A DNA stretch of 64,000 bases from an uncultured delta proteobacterium (lineage in GTDB: Bacteria; Desulfobacterota; Desulfobacteria; Desulfobacterales; JAHEIW01): positions 224,001 through 288,000 of the forward strand of contig CAVPNL010000009.1 of assembly GCA_963706575.1 (NCBI GenBank). The letters are read 5' to 3'. The notes beneath the pieces are model-generated. The model searched no databases and was not told where the DNA came from. It was given only the letters and a program-made list of their open reading frames with translations. Position 1 is the stretch's first letter. Each line of letters starts with the position of its first letter. Shown here one piece after another: positions 48,071 through 57,685 of the stretch. The translations under genes were made by a program, and so were the position numbers.

Positions 48071-49361
48071 TTAATGAGTTATACCAAAGAGTTTTGGTAC
48101 CGTTATACTGATTGCCGGAAAAGCAATGACTAAAGCAAGTACAAAAAGTTCCGCCAAAAGAAGCGGCACGATCGCTTTAGATAGCGTTTCCAGACGGACT
48201 CGGCCGATGGTGCTGACAACGAATAAAACCGGGCCAACCGGCGGTGTGATCATGCCAATGGTAAGATTGAGCACGATCATAATGGCAAAATACATGGGAT
48301 CAAGGCCGAATTGATCACCCACCGGGCCAAGCACCGGCACAAGAATAATCAAAGCCGGCAACGTGTCGATAACCAATCCGCAGAGCAGCACGAATACGGC
48401 CAGCATAATGACAACCACCGATGGGCTGTCGGTCATATTGGCGATTGAAGTCGCAATGGTTTGAGGAATCTGCAATATGGTCAACAGCCAGGAAAAAATA
48501 GAGGCCATGGAAACAATTAAAAGAACTGCAGCGGTGACCACACCGCTTTTAGCAAACAAGGGCAGGAGATTTCTCCATTTAAGGCCCCGTGTTATAAAAA
48601 GCCCCACACACAGGGCATAAGCAGCGGCCACAGCGGCTGCTTCGGTTGGTGTAAAAATCCCGCCCAATATGCCACCGATGATGATAAAGGGAAGCAGAAG
48701 AGCCGGCAGAGCGCTCCAGAAGCTTTTAGCCAATCCTAGGCAGGGATGGCCGTTCGCTGCGAAACACATAGCCGCGTTTAATGGATATCCAGTGGTTAAC
48801 CCCCATCAGGGCCAATCCGAGAAGAATTCCGGGTACTATACCGGCAAGAAAGAGCCCTGCGACGGTAACCCGACTATCGGAAATGGCATAAACCACCATC
48901 AGAATACTGGGGGGAATGATGGGACCAATCGTTGCAGTGGCCGCGCTCATGGCTCCGGCATAGGCAGGGCTGTATCCTGTTTTTCGCATCATGCGCATGA
49001 CAATGGCGCTGGGACCTGCGGCATCCGCCAAAGCCGATCCACTGATACCGGCAAATAACATACTGACCATCACATTGACGTGACCCAATCCGCCACGAAT
49101 GTGCCCCACCAGGTCGTTGGCGAAACGTAACAATGAGGTTGTTAGGCCACTGGCCGTCATTATTTCAGCGGCCAGAATAAAGAAGGGTACGGCCATAAGG
49201 GGAAATGAACTAATCCCGTTGAATAAATACTGAGGAATCACCAAGCCCGGAAAACGGCCATCAACCAATACCGCTACCATACCCGATAAACCCATGGTTA
49301 TGGCGACCGGCATTCCGATCATCAGACCCATACCAAATACGATTATTAAAATTGCTGCCAT
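48071..49361 (-). CDS. dctM: TRAP large permease DctM (one +1 frameshift near 48732)
   Basis: 'LMAVPFFIL', 'GGLGHV', 'SGSALAD', 'IIPPSI' plus 'GIFTPTEAA', 'ITPPVG'. Confidence 0.9.
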
Positions 49362-49879
49362 GATGAATCCTCTTCAACCATGTCCATTTCGTCTGTGAGC
49401 TGACTATCAAACCAGTTGCGGTCCATCCATTCGCGAAACATCAAAACCAGATGCAATCCAAAAACCGTGGCGCCGATAGGGATGGCCAAATAGGGAATAC
49501 CGCGGGGGATTTGGGTTGCCCAGGTTTCCTGACCCCACCCGAATTTGACCATTTTGAAACCGTAGTAAGCCAGTATCCCGAAAAACACCAGGATCGCCAC
49601 ACCGAGAAACGCCCGCATTGCCGGGCGTAATTTTGCCGGAAGCAAATCCTGAAAAAGATCAATGGCGGCCAATCGCCCCTCTCGCAGGGCTAAACCGGCG
49701 CCGATATAAGTGATCCAGATCATCAGAAAAGTAGAAATCTCCTCTGTTGTCGCAAAAGAAAACCCGAAAATGTAGCGGGTTACGACATTAATGAAAACTA
49801 AGACAAACATCACACCCATCATGACGCCAATCAACCATTGATTGACACGCACAAAAACAGTTTCAAGCTTCAGAAGCAT
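49346..49879 (-). CDS. dctQ: TRAP small permease DctQ
   Basis: Four TM segments, 'VVTRY', 'EEISTFLMIWITYIG'. Confidence 0.9.
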   Translation of the reverse strand: MLLKLETVFVRVNQWLIGVMMGVMFVLVFINVVTRYIFGFSFATTEEISTFLMIWITYIGAGLALREGRLAAIDLFQDLLPAKLRPAMRAFLGVAILVFFGILAYYGFKMVKFGWGQETWATQIPRGIPYLAIPIGATVFGLHLVLMFREWMDRNWFDSQLTDEMDMVEEDSSWQQF

Positions 49880-50019
49880 AATGCGCCTCCTCGTAGGTTG
49901 CCGGTCTTAACGCAAGGGCTAAACGCGATTCGTTTGAAAAAATACCATCCAAACATCAGCAAGCTCCAATTTCCTCCATCCCCCGATCACCAACCATGAA
50001 TTGATAAGGTATGAAAAAT

Positions 50020-50859
50020 CTAATATCGTTTGTCCACTAAAGACATCTTAACACTGTCTAAATTTTCCTTGATTTCGTCAAAATTTCTCATGGCAATGGA
50101 AACAAACAAAACATCGATAATCGCTAGCTGCACCAGTCGGGAGGTCATTGGAGCCAAGCGGAGCGCTACTTCCTGGGAATTTACAGAAATGACGTAGTCG
50201 CAATATTTTGCCAGCGGTGACTTTTTGCTGCCCGTTATGCCGATCACCGTGGCATCAAATTTTTTCGCGACTTTGACGCTCTCCAATATATCTTTGGTTG
50301 ATCCTGTGTGAGAAATGGCCACCACCGCATCTTTGTCAGTGAGCAACGCAGCGGACATGACCTGCATATGCGGATCATCATAAGCGATACAGGGAACCCC
50401 GATGCGGAAAAATTTATGGTGGGCATCCCTTGCAACCACACCCGAGCCGCCGACTCCGTAAAACTCGATGCGGTCCGCATCGGCCAGAGCATTGGCCGCC
50501 GACTCTAATATCTCTAAGTCCAGATTATTCATCGTATTGTTAAAGGCTTCTTTTGCAGAGTTGAACAGCTTATTGAAGATATCCGGGAATTTATCCTGGT
50601 CAGAAATGTTTTCCACAATATATTTACTGCTGGGAAGTGCATTGGCAAGACTCAACCGAAGCTCCATATATCCGCTAAGTCCGAGGTTGCGGCAAAAACG
50701 AATTACGGTAGGTTCGCTTACTGCGGCCATTTCGGCAAGATCGGTTATCGTGCATCTCATCGCCAAATCCGGGTTTTTGAGCACACATTCGGCTACTTTT
50801 TTTTCCGAATTTCGCAAGTTTGAAATCGAGCTTCTTATGGAGGAAAAGATATCGGCCAC
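50020..50859 (-). CDS. RpiR/HexR-family transcriptional regulator
   Basis: 'SEPTVIRFCRNLG' HTH; SIS domain 'YGVGGSG', 'ISHTGST'; GTG start. Confidence 0.92.
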   Translation of the reverse strand: MADIFSSIRSSISNLRNSEKKVAECVLKNPDLAMRCTITDLAEMAAVSEPTVIRFCRNLGLSGYMELRLSLANALPSSKYIVENISDQDKFPDIFNKLFNSAKEAFNNTMNNLDLEILESAANALADADRIEFYGVGGSGVVARDAHHKFFRIGVPCIAYDDPHMQVMSAALLTDKDAVVAISHTGSTKDILESVKVAKKFDATVIGITGSKKSPLAKYCDYVISVNSQEVALRLAPMTSRLVQLAIIDVLFVSIAMRNFDEIKENLDSVKMSLVDKRY

Positions 50860-50985
50860 GGGAAAGTCCCCACATAGGAGTTTCAGCAGAACTTTATGAA
50901 TCGTCCGTATTCCAGCAAGAGCATCAGACGGAAAATTTTGTAGTTTTTTTAACTAATTAAAGGAAAATTAGCCTAAAATGATAAA

Positions 50986-51005
50986 ATGTAGTAAATTAAC
51001 AACAT
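50986..51005. promoter_or_regulatory. HexR-type operator candidate
   Basis: ATGTAGT-aaatta-ACAACAT resembles ATGTTGT-Nx-ACAACAT; a weaker copy TGTAGT..ACTAAT lies at 50939-50957. Confidence 0.6.
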
Positions 51006-51123
51006 ATAATGAGCTGCTTGTCAATGAAAAATAGCAAAAATAATACGCTATGCGGTTGGGCGTATCTCGGCGAAAATCCCTGCCGGACATGAAAGTTAAA
51101 CGGGGAGGTTGTGGTATCCGACC

Positions 51124-51516
51124 CTACTTCGATTCAAAGGCTCGGGCGCCTTTTTGTTTGAGTAATTGCTCGGGCCCCGGTGGGGCATAAATGACCACGT
51201 AGGTTAAATCTTCATCCGGATCCACTTCGACCCTGTGCAAGACATGGGCCGGTGTATAGATGGCCGTTTGGGGTTCGATACGGGTTCCTTTACCATCCAG
51301 GTACATGGTTCCTTTTCCTGAAAGAACATACCAGCAGTGCTCGACATCATGGGTATGTTCGGAGCCCTTTGCGCCGGCCCGGGTGGTGTTGACCAGCAAT
51401 GAGAAATTTTTAGCACCACTAATCTGTTCATCGATCAGAATACGAAATGTGCCCACACCGCCGTGGAGTACACCGGTAACTGCCTCTTTCAAAGGTACGA
51501 TGTATTTTTTTTCCAT
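51124..51516 (-). CDS. cupin domain protein
   Basis: 'EHTHDVEHCWYVLSGKG' ... 'PAHVLHRV'. Confidence 0.87.
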   Translation of the reverse strand: MEKKYIVPLKEAVTGVLHGGVGTFRILIDEQISGAKNFSLLVNTTRAGAKGSEHTHDVEHCWYVLSGKGTMYLDGKGTRIEPQTAIYTPAHVLHRVEVDPDEDLTYVVIYAPPGPEQLLKQKGARAFESK

Positions 51517-51539
51517 GAAGGCGAACTCCTTTCAGTTTT

Positions 51540-51686
51540 TAGAAGTGGTTTCAAAACCCCATCTTGGGCCCAATGGCTGCGTTGCAGACCTCCGGTAAAT
51601 GCTCACATACCCATGTATGCTGCGCTTTCCCGATCGGCCTGACGCCTTGCCCTTGAACCCAATCTGGAATTTTGAAACCACTTCTA
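51540..51686 (+). mobile_element. 147-bp MITE-like element (type-2 ends)
   Basis: TAGAAGTGGTTTCAAAA ... TTTTGAAACCACTTCTA, with central CATAC-ccat-GTATG hairpin. Confidence 0.85.
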
Positions 51687-51687
51687 G

Positions 51688-52581
51688 TCATTGCGGACAC
51701 ACCTTGACATCGGACATGGATTCCAGCACCGTTACGATCGCGGAATGATCCCAATCCGCTCCGTCATGGGCCACCACCGCGTTGAACAGCTGGGATATCA
51801 TCGCGGTGCCCGGCAGGCATATATCCATTTCTTTGGCCACCGCTAATACGATATTAATATCTTTGCGATGGGACCTGATCTTGCCGCCGGGGTGAAAATT
51901 CCGTTCCAGCATGCGCTGGCCGTGCAATTCCAAAACCCGGCTCTGAGCGTACCCACCCATTATCGCCCGGCGCACCTTGGCCGGATCTGCACCGGATTTT
52001 TTAGCAAAAATAAGGGCTTCGGCAACAGCCTGTAAGGTCAGGCCGACGATGATCTGGTTGGCCGCTTTGGTCACCTGGCCGGCGCCATGATCGCCGATGT
52101 GATTGATATTTTTACCCAATTTTTGAAATATCGGCAATACGCGCTCGAAGATTTCCACTTTGCCGCCGACCATGATGGTGAGGCTGGCTGCGCTGGCGGC
52201 TTCCACCCCGCCGCTGACCGGGGCATCGAGCATGTGGGCACCGCGGGCAGCCACCATTGCGGCAAGACTTCTGGCTGTGGTTGGCGAAATCGTGCTCATG
52301 TCCACCAAAACGGCATCCCGGCGGATCGACTCGCTGACGCCGTTTGCAGCGGTTACGACTTCGGTCACATGGGAATCTTCCGGCAGCATGGTGATGATCA
52401 GATCTGCCGATGCCGCTGCTGCTTTAGGGGAATCGGCGGGATCAGCCCCTTCGGATACCAGTTGATCCACTACCGCCCGGCTTCGGTTGTGCACAATCAA
52501 ATCAAAGCCGGACTTCATAAGATTTCTGGCCATGGGCTTGCCCATCAGACCCAGCCCGATGAACCCGATGCGTTTGATCAT
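51688..52581 (-). CDS. 2-hydroxy-3-oxopropionate reductase-like beta-hydroxyacid dehydrogenase (GarR/GlxR)
   Basis: 'GFIGLGLMGKPMA', 'DAPVSGG', 'GAGQVTKAANQI', 'SRVLELHGQRMLERNF'. Confidence 0.9.
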   Translation of the reverse strand: MIKRIGFIGLGLMGKPMARNLMKSGFDLIVHNRSRAVVDQLVSEGADPADSPKAAAASADLIITMLPEDSHVTEVVTAANGVSESIRRDAVLVDMSTISPTTARSLAAMVAARGAHMLDAPVSGGVEAASAASLTIMVGGKVEIFERVLPIFQKLGKNINHIGDHGAGQVTKAANQIIVGLTLQAVAEALIFAKKSGADPAKVRRAIMGGYAQSRVLELHGQRMLERNFHPGGKIRSHRKDINIVLAVAKEMDICLPGTAMISQLFNAVVAHDGADWDHSAIVTVLESMSDVKVCPQ

Positions 52582-52748
52582 CGTTCCCTCCTTATTAACC
52601 GGTTGACATTATATGTTTTTGTCAATTGATGGTGTGCCTGTTGTTTCTCCGGCCGTGAAATTTCCTCTTACAGGACCGTTTAGATCTTTGCAACCGCCTA
52701 TTTTTTGCTTGACAAACTTTATCCGTACCGATATTGCCTGTACACAGA

Positions 52749-52765
52749 TGAGCACCTAATGCTCA
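52749..52765. promoter_or_regulatory. palindromic operator candidate
   Basis: TGAGCA-cctaa-TGCTCA downstream of a TTGACA hexamer in the divergent promoter. Confidence 0.5.
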
Positions 52766-52806
52766 AATGTTCAATTTGACACCCAATTCCGATAACGCGA
52801 CACCTA

Positions 52807-53781
52807 ATGAGCAAAGTCCTTTTATCCGAGGCGATCCATGAATCCGGCATTCGGCTGCTTGAAAGCAAGGCCGAAATCATTGTTTGCCCGGAGCCTACAG
52901 AAGAAGCGATCGGAAACCTGATCAGCGATGTGGATGCCCTGATAATACGGACCGCCGGCAAAGTGACCCGGGAGATGATCAAACAGGCCGAGCGGCTCAA
53001 GGTGATTTCGCGTACCGGCGGTGGTTTGAACAACGTCGACGTCGATGCGGCAACGGATTACAACATTGTGGTTTGCGGCGTCAAAGGTCCCCAGGACCGG
53101 ATGGTCGCCGAGCATACCGTTGCCTTAATGGGTGCGTTGACCAAACAATTTTTTTATTTAAATGCCCAGGTTCGCAAAGGAAATTTTGCCTCCCGCAAGG
53201 AATATCGTCCGGCGGGACTATCCGGCAAACGGGTGGGGCTCATCGGACTGGGCCGGATCGGCCGCATTGTTGCCGATATCTGTGCCCGGGCCTTTCGCAT
53301 GGAAGTCTGGGCGTATGACCCCTATGTGACCGCGGAAACCTTAGGGGCCGAGGACATTGTTTTAAAAGACGATATGGCAGCGGTGATCCGGACGGCGGAT
53401 TTTCTATCCCTGCATGTGCCCTTAACCGAACACACCGCAGGACTTTTGGGAAGCGCCGAATTTGAATTGATGAAACCCAGTGCCTTTGTCATCAATACCT
53501 CCCGCGGGGAGGTTGTGCAGGAAGCGGCCCTGGTGGATGCGCTCAAAAGCAAAAAAATTGCCGGAGCGGGTCTGGATGTGTTTGAAAAAGAACCGCCGGA
53601 TGCTGCCAATCCGCTTTTCGATTTGGATAATGTGATTGCCACACCCCATTCGGCCGCTTTGACCAAAGAGGCGGTGGCGCTGCTGGCACAGGGTTCAGCC
53701 GAAAATGTGCTGCGCGTTTTGCAAGGAAAAAAGCCGTCCTACAGCCCGAATTGGGATGAGGTTCAGGCGAAAACAGGTTAA
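52807..53781 (+). CDS. D-2-hydroxyacid dehydrogenase (SerA-like, no ACT domain)
   Basis: 'VAEH', 'GLGRIG', 'HVPLT', 'NTSRG', 'DVFEKEP', 'TPHSA'. Confidence 0.92.
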   Translation: MSKVLLSEAIHESGIRLLESKAEIIVCPEPTEEAIGNLISDVDALIIRTAGKVTREMIKQAERLKVISRTGGGLNNVDVDAATDYNIVVCGVKGPQDRMVAEHTVALMGALTKQFFYLNAQVRKGNFASRKEYRPAGLSGKRVGLIGLGRIGRIVADICARAFRMEVWAYDPYVTAETLGAEDIVLKDDMAAVIRTADFLSLHVPLTEHTAGLLGSAEFELMKPSAFVINTSRGEVVQEAALVDALKSKKIAGAGLDVFEKEPPDAANPLFDLDNVIATPHSAALTKEAVALLAQGSAENVLRVLQGKKPSYSPNWDEVQAKTG

Positions 53782-53849
53782 AACCGGATCATCGACAATC
53801 CGCTTAAATCTTAAATATTTATTAATAATTGAACAAAGTGAGGTAAAAA

Positions 53850-54702
53850 ATGGCAGAAGAAATGTGGACATATGCAATGGAAGAAATGTCTTATCCCGAC
53901 GTGCAGGAAATTCTTAAAACAACAGATGTTGTATTAATTCCGATCGGAAGTCAGGAAAAGCACGGACCCCATATCCCCCTGGCAACCGATTCGATTGCCA
54001 CCATCGAGACCACCCAGCGGGCGGCCAAAAAGGCCAAAGTGCCTTACACACCCATGATCCCCGTTGGATATTCTCCGCACCATATGGGAACGGTGAATAA
54101 CGGCATCGGATCTCTAACTTTTACCGGTGAGACCTTGAGGCGGATCGTATACGAGATCGGGAGAAGCTTGATTTTTCACGGGTTCAACAAATTGATCTAC
54201 ACAAGCCAGCACGCTTCGAATACGAAAGTGGTTGACGAAGCGCTTCGGCGTCTTCGATATGAAACGGGATGTTTCTGCGCCTGGTATATGACCCCCACCG
54301 AGCGCAGGACTCAAGTGATCAACGACCTTTTAGAAGAAAAGATTGCCTGGCATTCCGGGGAGATGGAGACCGCCCAGTGTATGGCACACGATGAGCGCTG
54401 TGTGCATATGGAACGGGCAGAAGCCCATACGGCCCATGCGCCCGAGTGGCTGGGGCCTGAATTCGCGAAGACCGACGGGGTGCCAACGGTAATCTTCCAG
54501 GGTACGGAAAACATATTCATCCCTATGGAGCACCATGAATACGTTGAGGATGCCACGATCGGCGATCCGTTCCTCGCTAGGTAAAGAAAAGGGCGAGAAG
54601 ATCTTCGAAAGAGCCTCGGATAACCTTGCAGCGTTTGTGGAAGAGGTGAAGAAGATTAAAGTTGATATCAAAGAGCGGGACTACGACTTCAGGGCATATT
54701 AG
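53850..54702 (+). CDS. creatininase-family amidohydrolase (one +1 frameshift near 54580)
   Basis: 'IGSQEKHGPHIPLATD', 'GYSPHH', 'WHSGEMET'. Removing one G restores '..GDPFLASKEKGEKIFERASDNL..DFRAY*'. Confidence 0.88.
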
Positions 54703-54704
54703 AC

Positions 54705-55472
54705 ATGAGACTTAAGGAAAAGGTTGCATTTATCACCGGCGCTTCCGGAGGGCTGGGAAAGCACTTTTGTAAGGCCTTTCTCAAGGAAGGTGCCCGGGTG
54801 TGCGTAACCGATATTGCCCAGGACATGGTCGACACCGCGATTGCCGAATTGGATTCTGCGGATGCCGTTATGGGGGCGGTGGTAGACGTCTGCCGGCGAT
54901 CCACCATCGAAGCGGCGGTAACCCGGGCGGTCGAGACCTTCGGCAGCCTGGATATTCTGATAAATGTCGCCGGCGGCGCGCTGCATACGCCGCATAAATT
55001 TGCTGAGATCGATGAAGCCGCCTGGGACAAGGTGGTGGACATCAATTTAAAAGGCACCTACCTGTGCTGTCAGGTAGCGGTGGAGCAGTTCCGCAAGCAG
55101 GGCAACGGGGGCAAGATCGTCAACATCTCCGCGTTGGCAGGTCGCTGGCTGGGTTCTCTGGCGGGCTGCCATTATACGGCCGCCAAGGCAGGTGTGATTG
55201 GCTTAACCCGACACCTGGCTTATGAACTGGGCCCCGAAGGCATTTACGTCAATGCGATTGCGCCAACCATTACCCTGGCCAGCCAGCGCACGATCAATTT
55301 GTGGAACTCCAGACCGGAAGAATACCGCGAAAAGATTGTTTCTCAGATTCCCCTGCGGCGCTTGAGCACCCCCGAAGAAGTGGCGGCCGGGGTGATCTTT
55401 CTATGTACCGATGAGGCCAGCTACATGACCGGGGTAACCCTGGATATAAACGGAGGGAGATTTTTCAGCTAG
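54705..55472 (+). CDS. SDR-family oxidoreductase
   Basis: 'TGASGGLG', 'YTAAKAG', 'DINGG'. Confidence 0.92.
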   Translation: MRLKEKVAFITGASGGLGKHFCKAFLKEGARVCVTDIAQDMVDTAIAELDSADAVMGAVVDVCRRSTIEAAVTRAVETFGSLDILINVAGGALHTPHKFAEIDEAAWDKVVDINLKGTYLCCQVAVEQFRKQGNGGKIVNISALAGRWLGSLAGCHYTAAKAGVIGLTRHLAYELGPEGIYVNAIAPTITLASQRTINLWNSRPEEYREKIVSQIPLRRLSTPEEVAAGVIFLCTDEASYMTGVTLDINGGRFFS

Positions 55473-55527
55473 ATTAAGACAAATATTTTTGAACCGTCCC
55501 CCATTCATTTGGCGACGGTCGAAACCC

Positions 55528-55675
55528 TAGAAGTGGTTTGAAAGCCTCAGATCAGGTTCAAGGGCAAGGCGCAGGCCGATCGAGAAAGCGCAGCATACAT
55601 ATGGGTATGTGAGCATTTATCGGAGGTCTGCAACGCAGCCATTGGGCCTTAGATGGGGTTTTGAAACCGCTTCTA
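55528..55675 (-). mobile_element. 148-bp MITE-like element (type-2 ends), inverted relative to the 51540 copy
   Basis: TAGAAGTGGTTTGAAAG ... GTTTTGAAACCGCTTCTA; the body is the reverse complement of 51540-51686. Confidence 0.85.
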
Positions 55676-55699
55676 ACAAATTAAGGGAAACCCATAGCC

Positions 55700-56479
55700 G
55701 TGATTTTTCAAAACAGCATGAAACGGGCCTTGAAGGATGGAAAGGTGGTCTTCGGGCCCATGGTTTCCGAGATGAGAAGCTCGGGTATTGCGGTTTTGTT
55801 TGCCCAGGCCGGGTTTGATTTTTTCTTCATTGACCTGGAACATTCCTGCTTTTCCCTTGAAACCGTCAGCGACATGATCCTGGCCGCCCGCGCTGCCGAC
55901 ATCCCCGTTATTGTCAGACCCTCAAGCCGTAAATCCGCCGAGTATCTTTCCAGACCCCTTGATTCAGGCGCCTCGGGTCTGTTGATCCCGCAAATTCGAA
56001 CCCGGCAGGATGTGGAAAATGTGGTGAAATGGTGCCGCTACCAACCCCTGGGCGAGCGCGGCATGGGGTTGTCACGCCAGCACACCTTTTTCCAGGGCGG
56101 AGATGCCCTGGATACCATGAAACGCCTCAATGAAGAAATTCTGATTGCCCTTCAAATCGAAAACAAAGAGGCCATCGAAAATTTATCTGAACTGTTATCG
56201 GTTCCGGGTATCGATGCCGCCTTTGTGGGGCCGGCGGACCTGTCGGCCTCATTTGGCAAACCCGGCCAGAGCGATGACCCTGAAATCCAAAATGCGATCG
56301 ATCGGGTGATCGAAGTATCCGAGGCCAATGGCGTCATTCCCGGAATTCATACGAGCTCGGTGGATAAAGCCCGGTTTTGGGTGGCCAAAGGGATGAAAAT
56401 GATCGGCTTCTGTACGGATATTAAATTGATCCAACAGATATGCCAGACGTCCGTTCAGGAGCTACATGCGGTGCAATAA
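55700..56479 (+). CDS. HpcH/HpaI (GarL-like) class II pyruvate aldolase
   Basis: 'GFDFFFIDLEHS', 'IVR', 'LDSGASG', 'PLGERG', 'QIE', 'FVGPADLS'; GTG start. Confidence 0.92.
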   Translation: MIFQNSMKRALKDGKVVFGPMVSEMRSSGIAVLFAQAGFDFFFIDLEHSCFSLETVSDMILAARAADIPVIVRPSSRKSAEYLSRPLDSGASGLLIPQIRTRQDVENVVKWCRYQPLGERGMGLSRQHTFFQGGDALDTMKRLNEEILIALQIENKEAIENLSELLSVPGIDAAFVGPADLSASFGKPGQSDDPEIQNAIDRVIEVSEANGVIPGIHTSSVDKARFWVAKGMKMIGFCTDIKLIQQICQTSVQELHAVQ

Positions 56480-56539
56480 ATAGGTTTGCGGCGGTCTGGT
56501 GTAGAATACCGCCGGGGATCTCTAAACGGTTTTTGATTA

Positions 56540-57544
56540 ATGACCATGCGCGAACTCAGTGAACGAGATATTTTAAAGATTTGTTACCTCTATTATCAGG
56601 AGGAAAAAACACAGGAAGAGATTTCCAGGCTGTTTGGTGTCAGCCGCTTTAAAATCAGCCGCACCTTAAAAGAGGCCAAACGAAAAGGCTATGTGACCAT
56701 TACCATCAATGATCCTAAAGGCGATTTCACCGACAGTGAAATCAAGCTGGCGAACACATTCGGCCTGCAGCAGGCCATTGTCGTTCGCATCAATGAGTTC
56801 AGTGAAAAGTCGGCGATGGATCAGATTGCCGAAGCCAGCGCCCACTATCTCAGCCAAATTGTCGGCGACTATCATATTTTCGGTGTCACCTGGGGCCGCA
56901 CGGTTTCCCATGTGGTCACCCATCTAAAACCGGTCGAAGTAAGTAATCTAACCCTGGTTCAAATCGGCGGCGGATTGGGCACCATCGAGGGCACCGACAA
57001 CAACATGCTGACCATGATGCTGGGGCAAAAGCTGGGAGCCAAGGCCCATGTGATTCCGGCTCCGGTCATTGTCAGAAATCGTTCCATTCGTGATACCCTG
57101 TTTAAGGAGAAAAAGATTCAGCAAACCCTTGAAATTGCTGAAAAAGCGGATCTGGTTCTCTTTGGCGTCGGGATTATTGGAAAGCATGGATTGCTCTGGC
57201 GTTCAGGATTTTTGCACAAGGATGATACGGTCAAACTCAGAAAAGCCGGGGCGGTTGGTCAAATATGCGGACGTTCTTTTAATGCCCGGGGTCAAAAATG
57301 CCTGGACGAATTGGATGATCGCACCATCGGGTTGAATCTCGATCAGATCAGAAAAATCAAGCACAAAATCTGTATTGCCATCGGCCAGGACAAAGTCGCC
57401 GCTATTCTGGGCGCGCTGAGAGGCAACCTGGCCAATGTTTTGGTTACCGATGAGAATACGGCAGCAAGCCTTCTAAAAGCAGGAAGTACAACCAAAGCTG
57501 TTAAAACAACGCATTTAACTTCAGACAGTGCCGTTTTGAGCTGA
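56540..57544 (+). CDS. SorC/DeoR sugar-binding transcriptional regulator (LsrR-like)
   Basis: 'LYYQEEKTQEEISRLFGVSRFKISR', 'GVTWGRTV', 'GAVGQICGR', 'LVTDE'. Confidence 0.92.
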   Translation: MTMRELSERDILKICYLYYQEEKTQEEISRLFGVSRFKISRTLKEAKRKGYVTITINDPKGDFTDSEIKLANTFGLQQAIVVRINEFSEKSAMDQIAEASAHYLSQIVGDYHIFGVTWGRTVSHVVTHLKPVEVSNLTLVQIGGGLGTIEGTDNNMLTMMLGQKLGAKAHVIPAPVIVRNRSIRDTLFKEKKIQQTLEIAEKADLVLFGVGIIGKHGLLWRSGFLHKDDTVKLRKAGAVGQICGRSFNARGQKCLDELDDRTIGLNLDQIRKIKHKICIAIGQDKVAAILGALRGNLANVLVTDENTAASLLKAGSTTKAVKTTHLTSDSAVLS

Positions 57545-57547
57545 TTG

Positions 57548-57560
57548 TCACAAATTGTGA
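57548..57560. promoter_or_regulatory. palindrome upstream of the Liv-type ABC operon
   Basis: TCACA-aat-TGTGA. Confidence 0.35.
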
Positions 57561-57685
57561 AGCCATTTTGATAACGCTGAGGCACGCCAAGGAAAGGAGG
57601 TGATTGGACAACTTACCGGATAGAAACTCGTTTGAAGCCGAGTACGTTCCTTCATCATTCAAACCAAATAAGGAGGGATATTGGA

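Noticed and set aside
43400..50900. Apparent lower GC suggesting recent horizontal acquisition
   Set aside because: This is only a visual impression; I cannot compute composition here and saw no integrase, tRNA or att site.
54570..54590. TAG/TAA near the end of the creatininase as possible pyrrolysine or readthrough
   Set aside because: The in-frame stop is TAA, and the C-terminal continuation is in another frame; a single extra G explains it.
55609..55818. Small ORFs overlapping MITEs (55609-55818, 51551-51754, 31605-31805)
   Set aside because: They are chance frames through repeat DNA and neighbouring genes.
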